Source of the DNA: an uncultured Alphaproteobacteria bacterium
GTDB lineage: Bacteria > Pseudomonadota > Alphaproteobacteria > Rs-D84
Direction of reading: 5' to 3'
NCBI GenBank assembly: GCA_944392815.1
Contig: CALXXY010000004.1
Location: forward strand, 1-23,063
Length of the DNA: 23,063 nucleotides
The notes under the pieces were generated by a model. It saw nothing but the letters and a program-made list of their open reading frames with translations. It had not been told where the DNA came from and did not search any database. The position numbers were made by a program, and so were the translations under genes. Positions 1 through 8,383 of this stretch are shown here, in pieces (the stretch's first letter is position 1; the number at the start of each line of letters is the position of its first letter).

Positions 1-263
1 TCGGCTGTGGACGATATGTCTAGTTCTGTCGCTGTCTCGCCATATGACTCGCCTGTTGTACTGCTACATATCCCTATGCCGCTTATTGGGGTGCTGACCC
101 CATTTGTTGTACATGTTGATGTCCAATCGGCAACGTTATCCCCTGGATTTTTATATGTACACGTCGTGTTGCTGTTTAATGCCACGCATTTGGTGACGGC
201 CGATGCCGGGGGCGTCATGATTACAGATACCAACCCCGCGATTATTATGATTTGCTTTTTCAT
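1..263 (-). CDS. Secreted Cys/Thr-rich hypothetical protein, 5' part (runs off the left edge; not in the ORF track)
   Basis: Manual translation from ATG at 263: MKKQIIIIAGLVSVIMTPPASA-VTKCVALNSNTTCTYKNPGDNVADWTSTCTTNGVSTPISGIGICSSTTGESYGETATELDISSTA. The frame is open to base 1, has a Sec signal peptide ending A-S-A, and has an AAGGA RBS upstream. Confidence 0.85.
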   Translation of the reverse strand, partial: MKKQIIIIAGLVSVIMTPPASAVTKCVALNSNTTCTYKNPGDNVADWTSTCTTNGVSTPISGIGICSSTTGESYGETATELDISSTA

Positions 264-290
264 ATTCTTATATCCTTTTTTTCCGTTAAG

Positions 291-460
291 AAAAAACCAC
301 CGGAAAAATTCAGGTGGTTGGAGTTTAAGAACAATCCGTTGAATTGCGTGGTTTATTCGATATATTCACCACACTCCAACCATGCGGGTTGGATTGTTTA
401 ACGTCTGTATCACGGACGCAACGGAAGGGTTCTTAAGCCCAACACAGGAACACCCTGTGT
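291..460 (-). ncRNA. Candidate structured 5' leader/attenuator RNA
   Basis: Nested inverted repeats: 442-448/454-460, 325-332/429-436, 335-341/419-425, 402-408/412-418, 375-381/387-393 and 346-352/368-374. A terminator 295-301/313-319 with a U-run follows, and there is an alternative 10-bp pairing 315-324/373-382. Confidence 0.55.
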
Positions 461-552
461 CATTTTCTATTATTATCAAAGGTTGGGTGTAAATCAATAA
501 TAAAAATCATTTGTTGGCGTATTGAAACTTTGTTTATATAATACGCCATGAT

Positions 553-1206
553 ATGAAATTGGAATCGAATGGGATTTTGATTGATCTGCGGCCGTTTGGA
601 GAACGCGATATGGTGGCGCGGATTTTTACCGCTGATTTTGGTGTGCTGTGCGGCATGATGCGCGGGGCGCAAATCGCGCGGAAAAATAAACCTTTGATCG
701 GGCAAATTGGGGCGGTGGCGTGGAATGCGCGGTTGGATTCACAACTGGGTGCGTTTCATTGGGAGTCCGATAAAAACCTGGCCGCGGGATTGATGATGGC
801 GCGTGATACGTTGGAATATATGAATGCGGTGTTCGCTTTGTTGGTGACGCTGTTGCCGGAACGGGAACAATACAGCGCGCTGTACAATGATACTGTGACG
901 TTGTTGAAAAATATGAATTGCGAAAATGCAGGGGCGCTGTATTTGCAATGGGAAATTTCATTGCTGCGCGAATTGGGGTACGCGTTGAATTTTGCGTCGT
1001 GTTCGGGGTGCGGGGCGCGTGACGATTTAATATATTTATCGCCGCGTACTGGGCGTGCGGTGTGTGCGGCGTGTGGCGCACCGTATGCGGATAAATTGTA
1101 TAAAATGCCGGTGAATTTATCGGTGACGCGACGGTTCCTGGAACGTGCGTGTGCGGCCCAGGGCGTGGATTTGCCGGTGGCGCGGGGTATGTTAAAATTT
1201 GGGTAA
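553..1206 (+). CDS. recO: DNA repair protein RecO
   Basis: N-terminal OB fold (GILIDLRPFGERDMVARIFTADFG), WEISLLRELGYAL, and zinc finger CSGC...YLSPRTGRAVCAAC. Confidence 0.93.
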   Translation: MKLESNGILIDLRPFGERDMVARIFTADFGVLCGMMRGAQIARKNKPLIGQIGAVAWNARLDSQLGAFHWESDKNLAAGLMMARDTLEYMNAVFALLVTLLPEREQYSALYNDTVTLLKNMNCENAGALYLQWEISLLRELGYALNFASCSGCGARDDLIYLSPRTGRAVCAACGAPYADKLYKMPVNLSVTRRFLERACAAQGVDLPVARGMLKFG

Positions 1207-1278
1207 ATTATTCCTTGCATACTTGGCATTTTTTGATTACTGTGTATTCCGTTCAACAGATATAAAGGAGAAAAAATC

Positions 1279-2112
1279 ATGACTTGGACAATCTTGATTC
1301 TGGTCGTTGGTGTTCTGTTGTTCCTGTTTGGTGGTATGTTGCTGCCAAAGGGTGACGAAAAGAAACCATCTGCTGGTAAAATCGTTGCGAAAAAATGCAT
1401 CAGCGTTATCGCTATTATCCTGATTGCGGGCAGTATGTGCCGTTTGTATATGCCGTATTACCTGACCGCTGTTAACCCGGCAATCGTTCAGGAAATGGTG
1501 ACCGGTATGCAGGAACAGCAACAGGCCGAAAAGAACAAACAAATTCGTAAATTTGTCCGTTCCGAGGGCGATAAAATGATGCGTGATGCCCCTGTGTTGG
1601 GTAATCGTGAAGGTGCGAAAAAAACAATCTATGTTTGGACAGATTTCTCTTGCCCGTACTGCCGCCGTGTGCACGGTGAATTGGCACGTGTGTTGGCCGA
1701 TCGCGATGATGTCCGCGTAGTTGTGAAAAACTTTTCTATCCATGGGCCATTGTCTGATGCCCCGGCCAAGGCAGTGATTGCTGCGAAATTGCAGGATCCG
1801 GCCAAAGCGGCAGAATTGACAGATATGTTGATGACCCGTGAATTTTACAGCCAGGACGATTTGAAAGATCAGTCCAAAATTGGCGAAAAAGTTGAAGCCA
1901 ATGTCATGAAAATGGCCAAAGAAGTTGGTTTGGATACTGAAAAATTAAAAGAAGACATGAAGGGCGATGTGGTTGCGCGTGAATTAAGAAACGTTCGCGA
2001 TTTGGCACAGCGTTTCGAAATCAGCGGTACTCCGTTCCTGATTGTTGGTGAACAGGCGTTCCCGGGCGCAGTTCCGGCCGCGCAAATCGAAACAGCCCTG
2101 GACGAACAATAA
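1279..2112 (+). CDS. Membrane-anchored DsbA-family thiol-disulfide oxidoreductase (Com1/ScsC-like)
   Basis: Two N-terminal hydrophobic segments, DAPVLGN, DFSCPYC active site, cis-Pro loop ISGTPFLIVG, FPGAV. Confidence 0.88.
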   Translation: MTWTILILVVGVLLFLFGGMLLPKGDEKKPSAGKIVAKKCISVIAIILIAGSMCRLYMPYYLTAVNPAIVQEMVTGMQEQQQAEKNKQIRKFVRSEGDKMMRDAPVLGNREGAKKTIYVWTDFSCPYCRRVHGELARVLADRDDVRVVVKNFSIHGPLSDAPAKAVIAAKLQDPAKAAELTDMLMTREFYSQDDLKDQSKIGEKVEANVMKMAKEVGLDTEKLKEDMKGDVVARELRNVRDLAQRFEISGTPFLIVGEQAFPGAVPAAQIETALDEQ

Positions 2113-2131
2113 ATCGTTGGGTTGTGCAGAT

Positions 2132-2158
2132 AAAAACGGGGCAGATGCCCCGTTTTTT
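2132..2158. terminator. Bidirectional intrinsic terminator between the DsbA gene and ccrM
   Basis: aaaaacggggca-ga-tgccccgtttttt. Confidence 0.85.
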
Positions 2159-2179
2159 GTTTTGTGAGTAATTTTTTTA

Positions 2180-3280
2180 TTAGGCGACCTTTTTCATGTC
2201 GTGTTTTATGCTGCGGATATATTTACGTAATTCATCAATTGGAACCAATGAACCGTCGCGTTTTTCGGCGGACCAGTAATCCCAACCATTAAAACTGACG
2301 CAATGTTGCAGGCGCGCAGCCATGACGTGGATTGATGCTTTGCCGTACAATGTGTGTGTTAATTGGCCGTCGCGGGTAATCATAACACGTTCGCCACGTG
2401 GACTGACCAATGTTTGACCAACGTACAACAGGCCTGCGTCGATTAATTCACGGAATGCAACGCGAACCTCGGCACGTTTGGGGGTTGTGACCTCTATATC
2501 CGATAAATCGATTGGCTGGACCGCGTCAACGCGTGCACGTGCAGCGGCAACGTATGCGTCATCGCGTTCAATGCCGATGAAATTGCGACCCAATTCACGG
2601 GCGGCGGCGGCTGTGGTGCCACTGCCCAAAAATGGGTCCAGAATTATATCGCCGGCGTTTGTTGATGCCAAAATTACACGGCGTAATAAATCCAATGGCT
2701 TTTGCGTGTTATGTAAACTTTTGCCATCGGGGCCTTTGACCCGTTCTTCGCCCAGGCAGATGTTTATGTTCCAATCGGAACGCATTTGTTTGCCGCCGTT
2801 TAATTTTTTCATTGTTTCATAATTAAACGTATATTTGCCCGTTTTGCGCGGTGTGGCCCAAATTAATGTTTCGTGCGCGTTTGTAAAACGTGTGCCGCGG
2901 AAATTTGGCATAGGGTTGGTTTTGACCCATGCAATGTCGTTCAAAATCCAAAAACCCAAATCCTGTAAAATTGCGCCAACGCGGAAAATATTATGATAAC
3001 TGCCGATGACCCACATGGCGCCGTCTGGTTTTAATACGCGTTTGCATTCGGTCAGCCATTGGCGCGTAAATTCGTCGTATGCAGCGGGACTGTCAAATGC
3101 GTCCCATGCGTCACGCACGGCGCGGGCGGCGGTTTGATCCTCGGGCCGATAGAGGGTTTTTGCGCCCAGTTGCAAATTATATGGGGCGTCCGCGAACACT
3201 GCGTCAACCGATGCGTCGGGTATGCCGCGCATAACTTCGATACAATCACCGGTTAAAATCTGGTTCAGGTATTTTTCCAT
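2180..3280 (-). CDS. ccrM: Cell-cycle-regulated beta-class adenine DNA methyltransferase (GANTC), CcrM
   Basis: FADAPYNLQL, WVIGSYHNIFRVG, NPMPNFRGTRFTNAHETLIW, QMRSDW, HNTQKP, ILDPFLGSGTT, and the C-terminal domain SIH...NGWDYW. Start placed at MEKYLN (3280) after a GAGAG RBS. Confidence 0.92.
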   Translation of the reverse strand: MEKYLNQILTGDCIEVMRGIPDASVDAVFADAPYNLQLGAKTLYRPEDQTAARAVRDAWDAFDSPAAYDEFTRQWLTECKRVLKPDGAMWVIGSYHNIFRVGAILQDLGFWILNDIAWVKTNPMPNFRGTRFTNAHETLIWATPRKTGKYTFNYETMKKLNGGKQMRSDWNINICLGEERVKGPDGKSLHNTQKPLDLLRRVILASTNAGDIILDPFLGSGTTAAAARELGRNFIGIERDDAYVAAARARVDAVQPIDLSDIEVTTPKRAEVRVAFRELIDAGLLYVGQTLVSPRGERVMITRDGQLTHTLYGKASIHVMAARLQHCVSFNGWDYWSAEKRDGSLVPIDELRKYIRSIKHDMKKVA

Positions 3281-3457
3281 CTCTCTCGGACTCTCGTGTA
3301 TATATTTTATCATAAAATGGGGGTGAAAAAATGGCCTGGGCAACGGGCAAAAAGAAATAAAGTGCTTGATTTTTATAAAAAACGTATTTTTTGGGGAATT
3401 CGGGGTAAATATAATTTTGCTTTACAGTTGGGGATTTGATTGCTACTGTATACGGGT

Positions 3458-3958
3458 ATGAGATGTCCATATTGTAATTCAACCGACAGCCGGGTGACTG
3501 ATTCCCGCCCAGATACCGAAGATGCCATTATTCGGCGTCGTCGCGTGTGCAATCAATGCGGGGCAAAATTCACCACAGTGGAACGCGTGCAAATGCGCGA
3601 TTTGATGGTGCGCAAAAACAGCGGCAAGCTGGAGGCATTTGATCGCGAAAAACTGCGCCGCAGTATCAAATTGGCGTGCCGCAATCGCGATGTTGGTGAT
3701 GAACAAATTGAAAAATTGGTGACGTCTATTCACAGACGGTTGGAAACTGAAACCGCCGATGATACGGTGACCAGCGCAATGGTGGGGCAAATGGTGTCGG
3801 ATTCGTTGCTGAATCTGGATCCAATTGCGTTTGTGCGATTTGTATCTGTGTATCGCAAATTTTCCCGTATTTCGGATTTTAAAAAGGTCCTGGATCAAAT
3901 ACCCGAGGCCGATGATGGCGCAGTTGTTTGCCCGCTGCCGAAAACATCACTGTTTTGA
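3458..3958 (+). CDS. nrdR: Transcriptional repressor NrdR
   Basis: MRCPYC...VTDSR...IRRRRVCNQCGAKFTTVE zinc ribbon plus ATP cone (FDREKL, AFVRFVSVYRKF). Confidence 0.96.
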   Translation: MRCPYCNSTDSRVTDSRPDTEDAIIRRRRVCNQCGAKFTTVERVQMRDLMVRKNSGKLEAFDREKLRRSIKLACRNRDVGDEQIEKLVTSIHRRLETETADDTVTSAMVGQMVSDSLLNLDPIAFVRFVSVYRKFSRISDFKKVLDQIPEADDGAVVCPLPKTSLF

Positions 3959-3963
3959 AACGT

Positions 3964-5694
3964 ATGAAAAAAATATTCACATTTTTAATAGCAATCTTTT
4001 TGCCCGTTGCCGCCGTTGCAGCGGATTTGCCGGATATAGATGTTTTGTCTGATGCCGATGCCAGTTTATATACACAAATATTTTTGCTGCAGGACGAAGA
4101 AGAAATTTCCGCAGCAGAAAAACTGCAAAAACAATTGTCTGACCCGTTATTGATGAACGAGGTTTTATATCAGCGATACATTTCCGATACATATCGTACA
4201 CGTGGGCGTGAATTGGTTGCCTGGATGGAAAAATATTATGATATGCCTGGGGCCGAACGTATGGCGAAATTGGCCAAAATCAAACAGGCGACTGTGCGTA
4301 AACCATATATCCCGCGTACAATCAGCGGTGGCGCGTCCATAGAAACGGCACAATCTGAAACGTGGACTGCAAAAAAATATACCGGCGATACAAATACAAA
4401 AATTAATAAATTTAAACGCGCAATTCGCAGTGGCGCAACAAAAACTGCGCGTTTAATACTGGAAGATTCATCGTTTAAACGTAAATTAACCGAATCGGAT
4501 TATGGGCGTTTGGCGGGGCGTTTATCTTTTATATATTATACAAACGGTGAATTCGAATTGGCGAAAAAATGGGGATTTGTTGCGTCGGACGCTGAATCTG
4601 AATACGGTATGTGGGCCATGGGATTGCTGTATTTCAAAGAAGAAAAATACGACGAAAGTCAAAAATATTTCAGTGCTATTTTGGATTTGGAACAAATCAA
4701 TAACGCCAGAAAGACCGAGGCCGCATTCTGGGCCGGTCGTGCGGCGGACGCAGCGGGAAACAGGTCGGACGCAAAAAAATATTGGAAAATTGCGGCCGCG
4801 CACCCAATGGCGTTTTATGGGGCGTTGTCGTCGGTAATGTTGGGGCGTACGCCACGGTACGAGTTTTTTGAACAGGATTGCACTGACGAGGATATCGATA
4901 CCCTGCGTGAAAGTAAATATGGAAAAATTGCGCTGGGGCTGTTGCAGGTTGGGCAAAAGGACAGGGCTGAATTGTATTTGAAATATATGATTACGGCGCG
5001 GGTGACCGACCGCACGTTGCACGCGATTAATTCTGTGGCGACGGCGTACGGGTTGCCGCGTGTGTCTATCCAGGCGTCCAGTTTGGTCAAAGACCGTGGA
5101 ATTTTGGAAATTGATGACAATATTATTTATTCTGCGCAATATCCGTTGCCTGATTGGGAACCCATGGGTGGGTGGTCGATTGATCGCGCGTTGTTGTTGG
5201 CGATTACCAAACAGGAATCTGGATTTCGGGCGAATGCCAAATCTGGGGCGGGGGCAAATGGGTTGATGCAGATTATGCCCAGTACCGCCAAACGCGTCGC
5301 GCGCGAAAACAAGGTTGATATGTCTGATATTGATATGTTAAAGCCCGAACATAATATGTTCCTGGGGCAGCAATATATAGTGGACCTGTTGGCGCACCCG
5401 AATATCAACAATAATATTATTAAAATGTTGGCGGCGTATAATGCTGGTATGGGGACGTTGGTTGATTTTGAAAAAACGTTTCAAACGTATGACCCGTTGT
5501 TGTACATAGAAAGTTTCCCGACATACGAAACCCGCAGTTATATAAAACGTGTGATGTCAAATATGTGGCTGTATCGGGCGCGTTTGGATCAGCCGTTGAC
5601 GACTATGCGCGATTTAGCCGATGGCGAATGGCCGCTGTACAACAGCGAAGATGAATACGTCCAAAAACAAATCGCCGACCGTATGTCGATTTAA
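3964..5694 (+). CDS. Soluble lytic murein transglycosylase (Slt70-like, TPR-like N-terminus)
   Basis: Signal peptide MKKIFTFLIAIFLPVAAVA and SLT motifs AITKQESGF, GANGLMQIMPSTA, AAYNAG, ETRSYIKRV. Confidence 0.92.
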   Translation: MKKIFTFLIAIFLPVAAVAADLPDIDVLSDADASLYTQIFLLQDEEEISAAEKLQKQLSDPLLMNEVLYQRYISDTYRTRGRELVAWMEKYYDMPGAERMAKLAKIKQATVRKPYIPRTISGGASIETAQSETWTAKKYTGDTNTKINKFKRAIRSGATKTARLILEDSSFKRKLTESDYGRLAGRLSFIYYTNGEFELAKKWGFVASDAESEYGMWAMGLLYFKEEKYDESQKYFSAILDLEQINNARKTEAAFWAGRAADAAGNRSDAKKYWKIAAAHPMAFYGALSSVMLGRTPRYEFFEQDCTDEDIDTLRESKYGKIALGLLQVGQKDRAELYLKYMITARVTDRTLHAINSVATAYGLPRVSIQASSLVKDRGILEIDDNIIYSAQYPLPDWEPMGGWSIDRALLLAITKQESGFRANAKSGAGANGLMQIMPSTAKRVARENKVDMSDIDMLKPEHNMFLGQQYIVDLLAHPNINNNIIKMLAAYNAGMGTLVDFEKTFQTYDPLLYIESFPTYETRSYIKRVMSNMWLYRARLDQPLTTMRDLADGEWPLYNSEDEYVQKQIADRMSI

Positions 5695-5699
5695 TCGCT

Positions 5700-6326
5700 A
5701 TGAAAACAAATCCGACGTTTGATATTGAAAATGAAACAGGGTGCGACATTGTTGCCGGCGTGGACGAGGCCGGTCGTGGCCCCCTGTGTGGGCCGGTGGT
5801 GGCGGCGGCGGTTGTGTTTCCGCGGCGGGATATTGAAATTCCTGTGGTTATTCGGGATTCTAAACAAATGACAGCCCATATGCGGGCGGCGGCATACGAT
5901 TGGATTGTGAATAATACCATGTGGGCAATTGGTATGTGCAGTGCGGCTGAAATAGATGAATTAAATATTTTACATGCGTCAATGTTGGCAATGCGGCGGG
6001 CTGTGCAAAATTTGGGGTGCGTGCCGCAGTTTTGCTTGGTTGACGGGAACAGGTTGCCGATGGATTTACATGGCGCGCCCGTTGTGCGGGGCGACGCAAA
6101 ATCGTTATCGATTGCGGCTGCGTCCATTATTGCCAAAGAAACGCGGGATAAAATTATGCATGATTTGGCGGCACAGTTCCCAATGTATGCGTGGGACAAA
6201 AATGCGGGGTATCCGACCCCAGAACATTTGCGCGCGATTGAAAAATATGGTATAAACGAACATTATCGAAAAACATATAAACCAGTAAAGGAAAGGATAA
6301 ACAAAAATGAAACTACGCACGATTGA
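5700..6326 (+). CDS. rnhB: Ribonuclease HII
   Basis: AGVDEAGRGPLCGPVVAAAV, RDSK, EIDELNIL, GDAKSLSIAAASIIAKETRD, NAGYPT. Confidence 0.97.
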   Translation: MKTNPTFDIENETGCDIVAGVDEAGRGPLCGPVVAAAVVFPRRDIEIPVVIRDSKQMTAHMRAAAYDWIVNNTMWAIGMCSAAEIDELNILHASMLAMRRAVQNLGCVPQFCLVDGNRLPMDLHGAPVVRGDAKSLSIAAASIIAKETRDKIMHDLAAQFPMYAWDKNAGYPTPEHLRAIEKYGINEHYRKTYKPVKERINKNETTHD

Positions 6327-7473
6327 AAATTTGGACGTACGTGGCAAATATATTTTGCTGCGCGATGATTTTAATGTTCAGATTGTGGACGGCCGCATTA
6401 CTGACGCGTTCAGAATTGAACAGAGTATGCCGACCATACGCGCGTTGCAGGCGGGCGGGGCGCGTATCGCGATTTGTGCGCACCTGGGGCGGCCAAAGGG
6501 TACGCGCAATATGGAATACAGTTTGGCACCGATTGCTGAATATATGAAAATCCCATTGATTGGCGATTGTTTGGACAAAGATTTTATGCAAAACATGAAT
6601 GACGGCGATGTTGTTCTGTTGGAAAATGTGCGTTTTTATCCAGGCGAAGAAAAAAACGACCCTGAATTTGCGCGCAGTTTGGCCGATGGGTTTGATATTT
6701 TTGTGAACGATGCGTTTGCTGTGTCGCACCGTGCGCATGCCAGTACTGTGGGGGTGGCTGAAATTTTGCCGTCGTATGCCGGGAAATTATTGGCGTCGGA
6801 AATAGAACATTTAAATGCTGTTATGGAAAATCCTAAACGGCCGTTGTTATCCATTGTCGCGGGCAGTAAAGTTTCGACCAAAATCGGCGTGTTAAAAGCG
6901 TTGGCGAAATTGTCCGATAAATTGATTATTGGCGGTGCATTGGGAACCACGTTTAATTATGCGTTGGGGGGCAAAGTCGGAAATTCCCTGTACGAGGCCG
7001 ACCAGAAAGATACCGCGCTGGAAATTTTGGAATATGCCCGCGAAAATAATTGCGAAGTTTTGTTGCCACTGGACAAAGGTGTGGCCAAAGAATTTCGTGC
7101 CGACGCCCAGCGCAGCAACAAAGATTTTACCGAAATCGAGGACGACGATATAATCATCGATGCGGGTGAAAAAACGACTGAACGTGATGTGGCGGCCATT
7201 CGTGCGGCGGCAACAGTGATTTGGAACGGAACGGTTGGTATGGCCGAATGGCAACCGACGTGGTCGTATGGGTCGTTTGCAATCGCGCACGCAATTGCCG
7301 AACAAACACGTGCGGGCAAATTGGAAAGCATTGTTGGTGGTGGGGATACCGTTGCCGCGCTGGAGGCCTGTGGGGTCAAAGGCGATATTACATATGTATC
7401 AACCGGGGGTGGGGCATTCCTGGAATTTATCGAGGGTCGCACATTACCCGGCATTGCGGTGTTGGAACAGTAA
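6307..7473 (+). CDS. pgk: Phosphoglycerate kinase
   Basis: RDDFNV, HLGRPKG, LLENVRF, FVNDAFAVSHRAHAS, GSKVSTK, GGGDT, STGGGAFLEF. Confidence 0.97.
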   Translation: MKLRTIENLDVRGKYILLRDDFNVQIVDGRITDAFRIEQSMPTIRALQAGGARIAICAHLGRPKGTRNMEYSLAPIAEYMKIPLIGDCLDKDFMQNMNDGDVVLLENVRFYPGEEKNDPEFARSLADGFDIFVNDAFAVSHRAHASTVGVAEILPSYAGKLLASEIEHLNAVMENPKRPLLSIVAGSKVSTKIGVLKALAKLSDKLIIGGALGTTFNYALGGKVGNSLYEADQKDTALEILEYARENNCEVLLPLDKGVAKEFRADAQRSNKDFTEIEDDDIIIDAGEKTTERDVAAIRAAATVIWNGTVGMAEWQPTWSYGSFAIAHAIAEQTRAGKLESIVGGGDTVAALEACGVKGDITYVSTGGGAFLEFIEGRTLPGIAVLEQ

Positions 7474-7499
7474 AAATGGGACCCGTGGGTCCCATTTTT
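7472..7499. terminator. Bidirectional terminator shared by pgk and Cys-rich paralog 1
   Basis: aaaatgggaccc-gt-gggtcccatttt, abutting both stop codons. Confidence 0.85.
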
Positions 7500-8157
7500 A
7501 TCTGAAGTAGCATGCGCTCTCCTGGGTGTATTCAAATGTGCCGGTGTTGTCAAGACCACCCGTACCTTGGATATAACACCCTTTTAGCGAGGCCGCGTAT
7601 GGGTTTGAATATACCAACATGTATGGGCCGGCGCTATTTTGTGAACCCATGCAATCTTCGCCCATGCCGGCTGTGCCGGTGCAGGGGCAGCATTCACAAA
7701 CATCATAGCACGATTCTGAATTACAGGTCTCGGTTAGGTATCCAGCGTATCCGGGCTTGTTGTCGCTGTTGCAGATTGTGCCACTAGCTCTTACGCCGGT
7801 TTCGTTGGTGCAGGTATCACATGGTCGGTATGTTGCGGCACATTCTACGCGTTGGCCACAGGCGCCACCAGCGACAGTTTGCCAGGTGCCGGTGGTGGTG
7901 GCTTCGTACATGACGAAACATGTACAAGTGCGGATGGTTGGAGTATAACTGGCGTGCCAACTTTCAGCCCCAGCCCAATATAGGCTGCATATGCTGGTGC
8001 ACTCTGACGGGTTGTTGGCCAAATAGCGCTCCGTGGCGTAAAAATTATGTCTAAATGTGCATGTGTCGGCATATGCAGATATTCCGTTTATTGCATACAC
8101 CAAATTCGACACGATTGCCGCCGCAATCATGTATATGAAATTATTTAATTTTTGCAT
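7498..8157 (-). CDS. Secreted Cys-rich variable protein, paralog 1 (219 aa)
   Basis: Start MQKLNNFIYMIAAAIVSNLVYAINGISAYA after a GGGGG RBS. It has 19 Cys by my count and is colinear with 17179-17898. Confidence 0.85.
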   Translation of the reverse strand: MQKLNNFIYMIAAAIVSNLVYAINGISAYADTCTFRHNFYATERYLANNPSECTSICSLYWAGAESWHASYTPTIRTCTCFVMYEATTTGTWQTVAGGACGQRVECAATYRPCDTCTNETGVRASGTICNSDNKPGYAGYLTETCNSESCYDVCECCPCTGTAGMGEDCMGSQNSAGPYMLVYSNPYAASLKGCYIQGTGGLDNTGTFEYTQESACYFR

Positions 8158-8172
8158 TTTATCCCCCAAATT

Positions 8173-8290
8173 GTGCCGAATGCAAACGGTGGATAAAAAA
8201 CGGCAAAAATGCCGTTGACAAAGTGCCGGATTCTGGGGTAAAATACACGCAAGTAAATGCCGAAAATAAAACACCGTTTATATTCGGTAC
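8173..8290 (+). promoter_or_regulatory. Candidate invertible promoter/terminator element, copy 1
   Basis: IR gtgccgaatgcaaacggtgg (8173-8192) and acaccgtttatattcggtac (8271-8290, 16/20 match). TTGACA 8215-8220, N18, TAAAAT 8239-8244 on the + strand. Minus-strand terminator hairpin 8199-8216 with a U-run. Confidence 0.7.
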
Positions 8291-8300
8291 ACTGGGGAAT

Positions 8301-8328
8301 AAAAAAATCCCAGATTTCTGGGGATTTT
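8301..8328. terminator. Terminator-like hairpin between repeat sites B and C
   Basis: aaaaaaatcccag-attt-ctggggatttt: 7 U on the minus strand, only 4 U on the plus strand. Homologous to 18043-18071. Confidence 0.65.
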
Positions 8329-8341
8329 GCAAAAAAAGAAA

Positions 8342-8362
8342 TGCCGAATGCAAACGGTGGAT
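8342..8362 (+). repeat. Third copy of the repeat site (site C)
   Basis: tgccgaatgcaaacggtggat, a perfect 21-bp direct repeat of 8174-8194. Confidence 0.9.
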
Positions 8363-8383
8363 TGGTATCGGCGGGGGGGAACC

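Noticed and set aside
7-342. Plus-strand 111-aa ORF
   Set aside because: It is the shadow of the minus-strand secreted protein, which has an RBS, a signal peptide and a homologous remnant at 14810-14880.
2180-3280. Restriction-modification system
   Set aside because: Orphan methylase with CcrM-specific motifs and no adjacent endonuclease.
8173-8290. MITE interpretation of the 118-bp IR element
   Set aside because: No target-site duplication, both copies share homologous flanks on both sides, and a lone third site exists. Disfavoured but not excluded.
8158-8383. N-terminal extensions of ORFs 7498..8274, 8327..9181 and 17179..18054 through the IR element
   Set aside because: Homology among the three paralogs, the RBS positions and the signal peptides all start at 8157, 8384 and 17898. 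The in-frame ATG inside the repeat (MQTV) lacks a clear RBS and is replaced by ATA TAA in site B of copy 1.
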